Of a stretch of DNA of 64,000 nucleotides, positions 41,958-51,794 are shown piece by piece (the first letter of the stretch is position 1; each line of letters starts with the position of its first letter). The stretch is taken from NCBI GenBank assembly GCA_964444735.1, contig CAYUIJ010000002.1:22781-86780 (forward strand), read 5' to 3'. Under the pieces are notes generated by a model. It had not been told where the DNA came from. It saw only the letters and a program-made list of their open reading frames with translations, and did no database searches. This DNA comes from an uncultured Bacteroides sp. (lineage in GTDB: Bacteria > Bacteroidota > Bacteroidia > Bacteroidales > Bacteroidaceae). A program made the position numbers and the translations under genes.

Positions 41958-43211
41958 CTAATTATTCATTAATTTTTCTACTTCTTTGAATTCTTCTCCC
42001 ATATTGAGTTTATAATAGATTGTATAAAGCCCGTTTAGCCATAATTCTTTTTTGTCTGGCTGAAGACTGCGAACTTTTTCATAATACGGCTTGGCTTTTT
42101 CATAGAATTCCTTGATTGTAGCTTGTTCCTCTTGATATTTAGGATCGTCAATGTCAGATACGGCTTTTTCACCATATTCAATAGCCTGCTGGCAATAACA
42201 CAGACCTAAATTGGAATAAGCTTCAGCATAATCAGGATCAAGAGAAATTGCTTTTTCGTATGCGGGTATTGCATTGTTATAATCTTTCATATTCTGATAT
42301 AAATATCCTTTTACATACTGATAAAATGCAGAATCACCATTTTTGGCAATCATATCATCGGCAAATTCAACAGCTTCCGCATATTTTCCGGAATTTGAAT
42401 AATAATCAATTAAATGACCAAAGAAGAAAGGATGATCAGAGAATCTTTGCATGCCTTCTTTTAAGGTGTTAATCCATTGGGCTGTATCACCTAATGCTTT
42501 ATATGCGCTTGCTTTAAATTCCATTGCAAATTTCCCGTTTTCAACATCTTGTGACGCTAAATCTACATATTTCAATACATTTTGATAGTAGTTTTTTTCT
42601 GCTGTCTCATCGTTTTTAACTCCTGCATCTTGAGCCATTTTAGTTGCAGCCAGAGAAGCATAATAGGCTATTGTCGGGATCATACTGTCAGTTGCCGCAT
42701 AGTTTTCGTCTTTCAGCATAGGATAGTCTGAAGAATCTATGTATAAGCTGAAATAATCATATGCTTCAGAATCTTTTCCTTGATTGAAATAAAACACACC
42801 GCCATTGATTAAGTTTGGGCGGTTTTGTTTTAATGTGGCGGCATTGCTCTTCCTGAATTTGATTTTTATTTTTCCTTTTTCATTGGGAATTTGTTCAAGC
42901 TCATCACACTTGTTAAAGTATTCAAACATTTTGTATGTACTGCTGTACGTTTTAACGGTATCAAAAGCTTGTTTCAGGTATGCTTTTGTATTTTCGTCTT
43001 CATTAATTTTTTGCTGAATATAACCCGCTGTGTTCCAAGTGTCAGCATCAGATTTCGTTTCGTCATTTGTTAAAGCTTCATTAATCAGTTGTTCTGCTTC
43101 AGCAAATTTTTTGGCATCAGCTTGTCTTCTGGCTTCTTTTACAGCCTTAGTCTGTCCGAAAGCAACGCATGAGGCCATTAATACGGCTACAGATAATAAT
43201 GTTTTTTTCAT
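41958..43211 (-). CDS. Secreted tetratricopeptide-repeat protein
   Basis: Signal peptide; YEKAISLDPDYAEAYSNLG TPR; downstream of gyrA. Confidence 0.88.
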   Translation of the reverse strand: MKKTLLSVAVLMASCVAFGQTKAVKEARRQADAKKFAEAEQLINEALTNDETKSDADTWNTAGYIQQKINEDENTKAYLKQAFDTVKTYSSTYKMFEYFNKCDELEQIPNEKGKIKIKFRKSNAATLKQNRPNLINGGVFYFNQGKDSEAYDYFSLYIDSSDYPMLKDENYAATDSMIPTIAYYASLAATKMAQDAGVKNDETAEKNYYQNVLKYVDLASQDVENGKFAMEFKASAYKALGDTAQWINTLKEGMQRFSDHPFFFGHLIDYYSNSGKYAEAVEFADDMIAKNGDSAFYQYVKGYLYQNMKDYNNAIPAYEKAISLDPDYAEAYSNLGLCYCQQAIEYGEKAVSDIDDPKYQEEQATIKEFYEKAKPYYEKVRSLQPDKKELWLNGLYTIYYKLNMGEEFKEVEKLMNN

Positions 43212-43301
43212 AATCTTGATAATTAATAGTTATTCACTCAATTATTTATGTTTTCTGCTGAGTTTGCATTTTCATTGGAATTGTTTGTTCCCGGTCTATT
43301 G

Positions 43302-45776
43302 TCATTTTTTTTGAGGCTCTTCTTCATCAGCCTCTGTATTTACCTTACATACAGATGCTATCTGATCATTTCTTTTCTCAAGATTTATCAGACGGACACC
43401 CTGAGTAACACGTCCCCTGATGCGTACGTCAGAAACTTTCAGGCGTATGGTGATACCGGATTTATTTATAATCATTAAATCGTTTTCATCGGTAACACTC
43501 TTGACGGCAACGAGCTTCCCCGTTTTCTCAGTGACGTTTAACGTCTTGACACCCTTACCACCTCGATAGGTCTTGCGATAATCTTCAATATCAGAACGTT
43601 TTCCGTATCCTTGTTCAGACACAACCATTATAGATTCTTTGTCTGGATCTTTAATGCAAATCATTCCGACAACTTCATCACTTCCGTCTTCGTCAAGTGT
43701 AATGCCTCTTACACCGGCCGCAGTTCGTTCCATTTCACGTACTGCGCTTTCATGGAAACGTATTGCACGGCCATTCCTGCTGGCAATGATTATTTCATTA
43801 TCCCCATTGGTCATTCTTACTTCTATCACTTTGTCATCATTGACAATATTGATTGCGTTTACACCAGTCTGTCGCGGACGTGAATACCGTTCCAGGCGTG
43901 TTTTCTTTATAGTTCCGTTCCTGGTACAGAATAACAAATAATGATTGTTTATATATTCCGGATCATTCAGCGTTTTTACACGTATAAATGCTGTAACCAT
44001 ATCATCCGAATCTATATTCAGAAGATTTTGTATGGCACGTCCTTTTGAATTTTTGGAACCTTCAGGAATTTCATATACTTTTAACCAATAACAACGTCCT
44101 TTCTGTGTGAAGAAAAGCATTGTATTGTGCATTGTTGCCGGATATATGTTTTCTACGAAATCTTCATCACGGGTCTCACTTCCCTTAGTTCCGATACCTC
44201 CCCTATTCCGGACACGGAACTCAGATAATGGAGTACGCTTGATATATCCTAAATGCGAGATAGTGATAACCATCTCATTATCAGCATAAAAATCTTCAGG
44301 ATTAAATTCTTCGGAAGAGTAGACTATTTCAGAACGGCGTTCGTCTCCATATTTGTCTTTTACTTCAATCAACTCGTCCTTTATAACTTTCTTGCAAGTC
44401 TCTTCATTTGACAGAATTTCTTCATAATATTCAATCTTACGCTTTATATCTTCACATTCAGCGTGAAGCTGATCTTGCAATAAGCCTGTCAGCTGTCTCA
44501 AACGCATTTCTACGATGGCACGCGACTGGATTTCAGTAAGCCCAAAGCGTTTCATCAGGTCAGTGATGGCATCATTCGGAGTTTTTGCGGATCGGATTAT
44601 GCGGATAACTTCTTCAATATTGTCGGAAGCTATGATCAAGCCTTCCAGTATGTGCGCACGTTCCTTAGCCTTACGCAGATCAAACCGGGTACGACGTATC
44701 ACAACATCGTGACGATGCTCTACAAAATATTTGATGCAATCTTTGAGGCTCAGTGTTTTTGGACGCCCATGAACCAATGCGATATTATTTACGCTGAAAG
44801 ATGTTTGCATGGCTGTCATTTTAAACAGCTTGTTTAATACAACACTTGCATTGGCATCTCGTTTTACATCTATAACAATGCGCATGCCTTCACGGTCAGA
44901 CTCATCGTTTATATTTGAAATTCCATCCAATTTCTTTTCATTGACAAGGTCGGCAATACTCTTGATCAACTCGGCCTTGTTGACATTGTATGGAATCTCG
45001 TTAACGATAATTTTGTCGTGCGTGTCTCCTGCCTCAATTTCAGCTTTAGCACGCATGACAACCCGGCCACGGCCGGTTTCATAGGCATCACGCACTCCAT
45101 TGATACCATATATATAACCGCCTGTCGGGAAATCAGGGGCTTTTACATATCGCATCAGTCCGTCTGTATCGATATCATTGTTGTCTATATATGCCATGCA
45201 TGCGTCAATGACTTCTGAAAGATTATGTGGAGGCATACTGGTGGCCATGCCTACAGCAATGCCCGAAGCCCCGTTTACCAGCAGATTGGGAATGCGTGTC
45301 GGCATGACTGCCGGTTCTTGTAATGTATCATCGAAGTTATTCTGAAAGTCTACAGTCTCTTTGTACAGGTCCTGCATCATTTCCTCACCCAGTTTTTTCA
45401 GGCGGGCTTCGGTATAACGCATAGCGGCGGGGCCGTCACCGTCAACGGAGCCAAAGTTTCCCTGTCCGTCAACCAAAGGATAACGCATCGCCCAGTTTTG
45501 AGCCATACGTACAAGAGCTCCGTATACCGATGAATCTCCATGAGGATGATATTTGCCTAAGACTTCTCCGACTATTCTTGCTGATTTTTTGTAGGGATTA
45601 TCTGATGTGTTGCCTAATTCTATCATACCGTATAATATACGGCGATGAACCGGTTTAAATCCGTCTCTTACATCTGGAAGGGCTCTCGCTACAATAACCG
45701 ACATTGAGTAATCAATGTACGATGTCTTCATTTCTTCCTCGATGTTAATTTTTATAATTCTGTCTTGTTCAATCAT
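43302..45776 (-). CDS. gyrA: DNA gyrase subunit A
   Basis: [23 protein letters not shown], GyrA-box-like RNRGGIG. Confidence 0.97.
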   Translation of the reverse strand: MIEQDRIIKINIEEEMKTSYIDYSMSVIVARALPDVRDGFKPVHRRILYGMIELGNTSDNPYKKSARIVGEVLGKYHPHGDSSVYGALVRMAQNWAMRYPLVDGQGNFGSVDGDGPAAMRYTEARLKKLGEEMMQDLYKETVDFQNNFDDTLQEPAVMPTRIPNLLVNGASGIAVGMATSMPPHNLSEVIDACMAYIDNNDIDTDGLMRYVKAPDFPTGGYIYGINGVRDAYETGRGRVVMRAKAEIEAGDTHDKIIVNEIPYNVNKAELIKSIADLVNEKKLDGISNINDESDREGMRIVIDVKRDANASVVLNKLFKMTAMQTSFSVNNIALVHGRPKTLSLKDCIKYFVEHRHDVVIRRTRFDLRKAKERAHILEGLIIASDNIEEVIRIIRSAKTPNDAITDLMKRFGLTEIQSRAIVEMRLRQLTGLLQDQLHAECEDIKRKIEYYEEILSNEETCKKVIKDELIEVKDKYGDERRSEIVYSSEEFNPEDFYADNEMVITISHLGYIKRTPLSEFRVRNRGGIGTKGSETRDEDFVENIYPATMHNTMLFFTQKGRCYWLKVYEIPEGSKNSKGRAIQNLLNIDSDDMVTAFIRVKTLNDPEYINNHYLLFCTRNGTIKKTRLERYSRPRQTGVNAINIVNDDKVIEVRMTNGDNEIIIASRNGRAIRFHESAVREMERTAAGVRGITLDEDGSDEVVGMICIKDPDKESIMVVSEQGYGKRSDIEDYRKTYRGGKGVKTLNVTEKTGKLVAVKSVTDENDLMIINKSGITIRLKVSDVRIRGRVTQGVRLINLEKRNDQIASVCKVNTEADEEEPQKK

Positions 45777-45971
45777 TAAAATGAATATTAATTGTATGTC
45801 TATAATAATCTCATAAAAATCATGCTAAGATAGATCTTTTTTGTGAAATTGAGAAGATTTTTGGTTGAAAAACTAAAATGTAGCCTTTATAGTCTGTTTT
45901 GTTTTGCATGACAAACATCCATGATAAATATGCTCATAATTTGCTTATGGAATACAGTTTTTTCTTTTTAA

Positions 45972-45986
45972 TGGCACATTATTTGT
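45972..45986 (+). promoter_or_regulatory. sigma54-like -24/-12 motif upstream of clpC
   Basis: TGGCACATTATTTGT; same spacing as the motif before htpG. Confidence 0.45.
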
Positions 45987-46059
45987 AACATATTCTATAT
46001 ATTATAAATAAAGTCTGTGTATATTTGCAAGTACAAACATAATGAGGGTAAGATGTGAT

Positions 46060-48636
46060 ATGAACAATCAATTCTCACAGAAAATATCAGAAATACTGAT
46101 TTGCAGCAGGCAGGAAGCACTTCGTTTGCACAATGATCATGTCGGTCCTGAGCATTTGTTGCTGGGATTGATTAAGGGAGGTACAGGAAAATCCATAGAG
46201 ATATTGCGGCGTTTTTACGTCAATCTTGACAATATTAAAAGTGAGATTGAGGCAATTGCTGACAATACAGAAAAGAATGTCCCTTTTATTAACAGCTGGA
46301 GTGCGGGGAATGAGATAATTTTAAATGAAGTCAGCGCACGTATTTTAAGATTAGGTATTCTGGAAGCCAGGCTGTTGAAAAACGACATCGTAAGCGATGA
46401 GCATTTGCTGCTTGCAATATTGAAACAGCATGATAATATAGCGGCAAAAGTTCTGGAAAAGAACGATGTGACATATAAGCTTGTGTTTGAGCAATTGTCG
46501 TTAAGGCAACAGGAGGATATCAATGCCGGAATGGGAACTTTTGAGGAGGATGACGATGAGGAAGACGCCCCGAAAAGCAATGGTAACGCGTTATCGGGAA
46601 GCACGGGAGGGAGCAATGCGCAGACCCGGACCCAGACACGCCGTCCGGCAAATGACACGCCGGCTATTGACATGTTTGGTATGGACATGACAAGGGCTGC
46701 GGAAGAAGGAAAATTGGACCCTGTTGTAGGGCGTGAAAAGGAAATAGAGCGTCTGGCCCAGATATTAAGCAGAAGGAAGAAAAACAACCCGATACTGATT
46801 GGAGAACCGGGAGTTGGCAAATCGGCAATTGTTGAAGGGCTGGCTATGCGCATTGTAGAAAAGAAAGTATCCCGTATCTTATTTGACAAGCGGGTTGTAT
46901 CACTGGATATGACATCGGTTGTTGCCGGGACAAAATATCGCGGACAGTTTGAGGAACGCATCCGCTTGATTCTTAAAGAGCTGAAAGAGAATCCAAATAT
47001 TATTCTTTTCATTGATGAAATCCATACGATTGTCGGAGCAGGATCTGCCCCGGGCTCAATGGATGCCGCCAATATGCTAAAACCGGCGTTGGCTCGTGGA
47101 GAGATACAGTGTATCGGAGCTACGACACTTGATGAGTATCGTACATCCATTGAAAAAGACGGCGCTTTGGAACGCCGTTTCCAGAAAGTTGTCGTAGAGG
47201 CGGCGACTGCTGAGGAAACCTTGCAGATACTGGAAAATATCAAGGATAAGTACGAGGATCATCATAACGTGACATATACCCCTGATGCGTTGGAGGCGTG
47301 TGTTAGACTGACCGATCGGTATATCAGTGACCGGAATTTCCCGGATAAGGCAATTGATGCGCTCGATGAGGCCGGCTCACGTGTTCATCTGACCAATATT
47401 ACGGTTCCTAAAGAGATAGAAGAAAAGGAAAGGAGTATCGATGAGACGCGAATGCATAAGAACGAGGCTGTAAAAGCCCAGAATTATGAATTGGCGGCAG
47501 GATACCGTGACAGGGAGAAACAGATGTATACAGAGCTGGAGGAAATGAAGCGGAGTTGGGAAGAAAGCCTGAAAGAAAACCGGGAAGTAGTTGATGAAAG
47601 CCAGATTGCGGAAGTCGTTTCCATGATGTCAGGCGTGCCTGTCCGGCGTATGGCGCAAACCGAAGGCATCCGCTTGAAAGGAATGCGCGGTGAGTTAATG
47701 AAAAAGGTAATAGCTCAGGATACGGCGATAGATAAGCTCGTGCGTGCTATCCAGCGCAGCCGCATCGGCCTGAAAGACCCTGGCCGCCCGATAGGCACGT
47801 TCATGTTCTTAGGGCCTACAGGTGTCGGCAAGACATTGCTGGCAAAAGAACTGGCCAGATATATGTTCGGGTCTGTAGATGCGATGATACGTATTGATAT
47901 GAGCGAATACATGGAGAAGTTTACTGTATCGCGTCTTGTCGGAGCTCCTCCCGGATATGTGGGATATGAGGAAGGCGGACAGCTGACCGAAAAAGTGCGC
48001 CGGCATCCCTACTCTATAGTTTTGCTTGATGAGATAGAAAAAGCACACGGCGATGTCTTTAATCTGTTGCTGCAAGTGATGGATGAAGGAAGACTGACTG
48101 ACAGTAATGGCAGGATTGTCGACTTTAAGAACACTGTCATTATCATGACTTCGAATGTGGGTACGCGTCAGTTGAAAGAATTTGGCAGAGGAGTAGGCTT
48201 TTCTGCTCAGATTCATGATGATAATGACAAGGAATATTCAAGAAGTGTCATACAAAAGGCCTTAAACAAATCTTTTGCACCGGAATTCCTGAACCGTGTG
48301 GATGAAATTATAACATTTGACCGGCTTGACCGTGACGCGATCAGGGTTATTGTGGAAACTGAGCTGCAAAGATTGCTTAAACGCGTTGACAGGCTGGGAT
48401 ACAAACTGGTTATGGCAGACGATGTGAAGGACTTTATAGCGGATCACGGAACAGACTTGCAGTACGGAGCGCGTCCGCTTCGAAGGGCAATCCAGACATA
48501 TATGGAAGACGGCATATCTGAATTGTTGATAAACAATGAGATAGAATCAGGAGCCGCTATATGTGCAAGAATTGACGAGAACGATAAGGACAAGCTTTCT
48601 TTTTCCGTGCTGTATTCACCGGAAACTGTATCATAA
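46060..48636 (+). CDS. clpC: ATP-dependent Clp protease ATPase ClpC
   Basis: Clp N repeats (EHLLL), GEPGVGKS, UVR-like middle domain, GPTGVGKT, GYVGYEEGG; likely start MNNQFS at 46060. Confidence 0.93.
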   Translation: MNNQFSQKISEILICSRQEALRLHNDHVGPEHLLLGLIKGGTGKSIEILRRFYVNLDNIKSEIEAIADNTEKNVPFINSWSAGNEIILNEVSARILRLGILEARLLKNDIVSDEHLLLAILKQHDNIAAKVLEKNDVTYKLVFEQLSLRQQEDINAGMGTFEEDDDEEDAPKSNGNALSGSTGGSNAQTRTQTRRPANDTPAIDMFGMDMTRAAEEGKLDPVVGREKEIERLAQILSRRKKNNPILIGEPGVGKSAIVEGLAMRIVEKKVSRILFDKRVVSLDMTSVVAGTKYRGQFEERIRLILKELKENPNIILFIDEIHTIVGAGSAPGSMDAANMLKPALARGEIQCIGATTLDEYRTSIEKDGALERRFQKVVVEAATAEETLQILENIKDKYEDHHNVTYTPDALEACVRLTDRYISDRNFPDKAIDALDEAGSRVHLTNITVPKEIEEKERSIDETRMHKNEAVKAQNYELAAGYRDREKQMYTELEEMKRSWEESLKENREVVDESQIAEVVSMMSGVPVRRMAQTEGIRLKGMRGELMKKVIAQDTAIDKLVRAIQRSRIGLKDPGRPIGTFMFLGPTGVGKTLLAKELARYMFGSVDAMIRIDMSEYMEKFTVSRLVGAPPGYVGYEEGGQLTEKVRRHPYSIVLLDEIEKAHGDVFNLLLQVMDEGRLTDSNGRIVDFKNTVIIMTSNVGTRQLKEFGRGVGFSAQIHDDNDKEYSRSVIQKALNKSFAPEFLNRVDEIITFDRLDRDAIRVIVETELQRLLKRVDRLGYKLVMADDVKDFIADHGTDLQYGARPLRRAIQTYMEDGISELLINNEIESGAAICARIDENDKDKLSFSVLYSPETVS

Positions 48637-48659
48637 AATAAAGGGGGCTTGTAAAATAA

Positions 48660-48701
48660 TGACAAAATGTCAGACGAATAATCGTCTGGCATTTTTTTTG
48701 T
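48660..48701 (+). promoter_or_regulatory. Overlapping clpC terminator hairpin and sigma54-like htpG motif
   Basis: AAAATGTCAGACGA...TCGTCTGGCATTTT hairpin; TGACAAAATGTCA palindrome; TGGCATTTTTTTTGT (48687-48701). Confidence 0.5.
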
Positions 48702-48752
48702 GTAATCAGCATTGTTATATAAAAATAAGAGATAAACTAAATATTCAAGATT

Positions 48753-50798
48753 ATGCAGAAAGGAAACATTGGGGTTACTACAGAAAACATATTCCCCATA
48801 ATTAAAAAGTTCTTATATAGTGATCATGAAATATTTCTTCGTGAGCTGGTGTCCAATGCGGTGGATGCTACACAGAAGTTGAGGATTCTGGCGTCAAAAG
48901 GTGACTTTAAGGGTGAGACGGGTGATCTTACCATACACATCTCTCTCGGTAAAGATACGATAACCATATCAGACAGGGGTGTCGGACTCACTGCGGAAGA
49001 GATAGACAAATATATCAATCAGATAGCCTTTTCCGGTGTAAATGATTTCCTTGCCAAATATAAGGATGACGCCAATGCCATAATCGGACATTTCGGATTG
49101 GGATTCTATTCGGCTTTCATGGTGGCAAAAAAGGTGGAGATCATTACACGCTCTTATCAGGAAGGCGCGCAGCCTGTAAAATGGACATGTGACGGTAGTC
49201 CGGAATTTACGCTGGAAGAAGTGGAAAAGGACGGCCGCGGTACGGATATTGTACTTTATATTGATGATGACTGCCGTGAATTCCTGGAAGAGCGCCGCTT
49301 GTCTTCACTGCTTGCCAAATACTGTCATTTTCTTCCGGTATCCATCGCGTTCGGAAAGAAAAAGGAATGGAAAGACGGGAAGCAGGTTGAAACGGATGAA
49401 GACAATATCATAAACAATACAACGCCTCTTTGGACCAAGAAACCGGCTGAACTGAAAGATGAAGACTACAAGAGCTTCTATCGTGAGCTTTATCCAACGG
49501 CCGACGAGCCTTTATTCTGGATTCATTTAAATGTGGATTATCCGTTCAATCTGACAGGCATTCTGTATTTTCCGCATATCAAGAGCAACATTGACTTGCA
49601 GAAAAACAAAATCCAGCTGTATTGCAATCAGGTATACGTTACCGATTCGGTAGAAGGAATTGTTCCCGATTTTCTGACGCTCCTGCATGGAGTCATAGAT
49701 TCGCCCGATATACCTTTGAATGTATCGCGTTCATATCTGCAAAGTGATTCCAATGTGAAGAAAATATCTGCCTACATATCAAAAAAAGTTTCTGACCGGT
49801 TGCAGTCTGTTTTCAAAAATGACCGGAAGGACTTTGAAAACAAGTGGGATGATATCAGGATCTTTATCAATTACGGAATGCTTACCGAGGAAGACTTTTA
49901 TGAGAAAGCCTGCAAGTTTTCCCTGTTTAAGGATACGGATTCCAAATATTACACATTTGAAGAGTATCAGACCTTGATCAAAGGCGAGCAGACCGATAAG
50001 GAAGGCAATCTTATATATTTGTATGCCGGCAATGCGGAGGAGCAATACAGCTATATAGAAGCTGCAAAGAACAAAGGATACAATGTCCTGCTGATGGATG
50101 GCCAGCTCGATGTCGCCTTAATCGGCATGCTTGAGCGTAAGATAGAAAAGAGCCGTTTTACCCGTGTAGACAGCGATGTTATTGACCGCTTGATTGTAAA
50201 GGATGATAAGGATACGGCCGTTGACAAGGACGAACGCGAGATTCTTTCAAGTGTATTCCGTAGTCAGCTGCCTAAGATAGAGAAAATGGAATTTAACGTA
50301 GAAGCCCAATCGTTAGGTGAGAGCGCCGCTCCTGTCCTGATAACGCAAAGCGAATATATGCGCCGTATGAAAGAAATGGCACGTATACAGCCGGGCATGA
50401 GTTTTTATGGCGAGATGCCAGACATGTTTAACGTGGTTGTAAACGTTGACAATAAGCTCGTGCGGAATATACTGGAGGGATCTCAAAATGAATGCGCGGC
50501 CGGACTGACGGCGTTAAATCAGACATTGGCGGAACTGAACAGGCGTCAGGAGGAATTGCGTAAGTCACAGGATGGCAAAAAGGCTGATGAGATTCCTGTT
50601 GCCGAAAAAGATGAGTTGGACGATGTCGAAAAGAGGATCTCAGAAGAAAAGGCTAAGAAAGACAGTCTCCTCGCAGAATATGCCTCAAGCGACAAGACCG
50701 TACATCAATTGATAGACCTGGCCTTGTTACAGAACAATATGCTGAAAGGTGAAGCCTTGAATAAGTTCATCAAGAGAAGTGTTGAGCTGATCGGGTAA
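48753..50798 (+). CDS. htpG: Hsp90 chaperone HtpG
   Basis: FLRELVSNAVDA, DRGVGL, IGHFGLGFYS, LNVSRSYLQ. Confidence 0.97.
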   Translation: MQKGNIGVTTENIFPIIKKFLYSDHEIFLRELVSNAVDATQKLRILASKGDFKGETGDLTIHISLGKDTITISDRGVGLTAEEIDKYINQIAFSGVNDFLAKYKDDANAIIGHFGLGFYSAFMVAKKVEIITRSYQEGAQPVKWTCDGSPEFTLEEVEKDGRGTDIVLYIDDDCREFLEERRLSSLLAKYCHFLPVSIAFGKKKEWKDGKQVETDEDNIINNTTPLWTKKPAELKDEDYKSFYRELYPTADEPLFWIHLNVDYPFNLTGILYFPHIKSNIDLQKNKIQLYCNQVYVTDSVEGIVPDFLTLLHGVIDSPDIPLNVSRSYLQSDSNVKKISAYISKKVSDRLQSVFKNDRKDFENKWDDIRIFINYGMLTEEDFYEKACKFSLFKDTDSKYYTFEEYQTLIKGEQTDKEGNLIYLYAGNAEEQYSYIEAAKNKGYNVLLMDGQLDVALIGMLERKIEKSRFTRVDSDVIDRLIVKDDKDTAVDKDEREILSSVFRSQLPKIEKMEFNVEAQSLGESAAPVLITQSEYMRRMKEMARIQPGMSFYGEMPDMFNVVVNVDNKLVRNILEGSQNECAAGLTALNQTLAELNRRQEELRKSQDGKKADEIPVAEKDELDDVEKRISEEKAKKDSLLAEYASSDKTVHQLIDLALLQNNMLKGEALNKFIKRSVELIG

Positions 50799-50816
50799 TC
50801 AATGAGGCGTTCTTGA

Positions 50817-50862
50817 ACAATGCCGCAAAGCCTTTTATGTCATGAAGATTTTGCGGCATTGT
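50817..50862 (+). terminator. Hairpin after htpG
   Basis: ACAATGCCGCAAA...TTTGCGGCATTGT, 13-bp stem. Confidence 0.7.
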
Positions 50863-51112
50863 CTTATTTGTCTGAAAATGACAGACATTATCTGAAAAAA
50901 GTCATTTCTTGTTCCATATTGTCAAAGTTTGCCTGAAAAAGCTGTTTATAATTCTGAAAAAAAAGCTCCGGATGTTTGGCGTTTATTACAAAAGTACGTA
51001 CCTTTGACGCTGTTGAAAGAAAAGGGTTGCGTAACCCGGCTGGCAGAACTCCCTACGGGGCAGGTTACAGTCTGGATGTTGCCGCAATCATTTTTGAAAT
51101 ACACGGTTTTCT

Positions 51113-51186
51113 GGCTCCTTAGCTCAACTGAACAGAGCATCTGACTACGGATCAGAAGGTTATAGGTTTGAATCCTATAGGAGTCA
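51113..51186 (+). tRNA. tRNA-Arg(ACG)
   Basis: Cloverleaf: GGCTCCT/AGGAGTC acceptor, TCTGA-CTACGGA-TCAGA anticodon arm, ATAGG-TTTGAAT-CCTAT T arm. Confidence 0.95.
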
Positions 51187-51200
51187 CAGATTTTGGTTTC

Positions 51201-51274
51201 GGCTCCTTAGCTCAACTGAACAGAGTGTCTGACTACGGATCAGAAGGTTATAGGTTTGAATCCTATAGGAGTCA
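51201..51274 (+). tRNA. tRNA-Arg(ACG), second copy
   Basis: Tandem copy differing at 2 nt (CA to TG at the D-stem/anticodon-stem junction). Confidence 0.93.
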
Positions 51275-51671
51275 CTTAAAATGCCCCGTTTTCTAATCAG
51301 GGTGAGGGTGGATCTATATTATAGCCGGCCGGAATTGACCTGCGAAGGAATATAATAAGATAAGAAAGTATGGGTAGTCTTGTGTCTGTCCGCGAATATC
51401 CGGCTGCTGTCTGTTCCGGCACCGGGGCAAGCACAGAGACATGCGTCCGTAAACAAAGGAGTCTCTCTCCTCTCCCCCCCTATGGAAGGCTGATACCGGA
51501 AACAATTCTGTCAGGTTAAAAATATGTTAAACGGGGGGGGGTAATGACAAAGCACTGGCTTTACGGAACAGAACGTCCTTGGGAAAAGTGGATAAAAGGC
51601 TTTGTTGTCCGGGCTTGAGGCGACATGAAAAGAACGGACGTAACCCGCCTGAAAAAATTTATGCATGTAGA

Positions 51672-51729
51672 AAACATGTTTAAAAACATGTTTATTTCCT
51701 TGTATAAACTTAAAAAAGATGTAATTTTG
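51672..51729 (+). promoter_or_regulatory. susC promoter with tandem palindromic operator
   Basis: AAACATGTTT at 51672-51681 and 51684-51693; TAATTTTG -7 element at 51722-51729. Confidence 0.55.
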
Positions 51730-51794
51730 CACGCTGCAATATTTCAAGTGATGACTTATTGTAACAAAACTAATAACCCAAAAATACGCGTAAC

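Noticed and set aside
45520-45560. gyrA quinolone-resistance region
   Set aside because: HGDSSVY retains the Ser; no clear resistance substitution.
46215-47243. 342-aa antisense ORF in clpC (likewise 63153-63962, 5097-5789, 11074-11802, 2849-3520)
   Set aside because: Shadows of well-supported genes on the opposite strand; no recognisable motifs.
51113-51274. Repeat-spacer-repeat resembling a CRISPR array
   Set aside because: The repeats are tRNA genes; I saw no CRISPR array or cas genes in the window.
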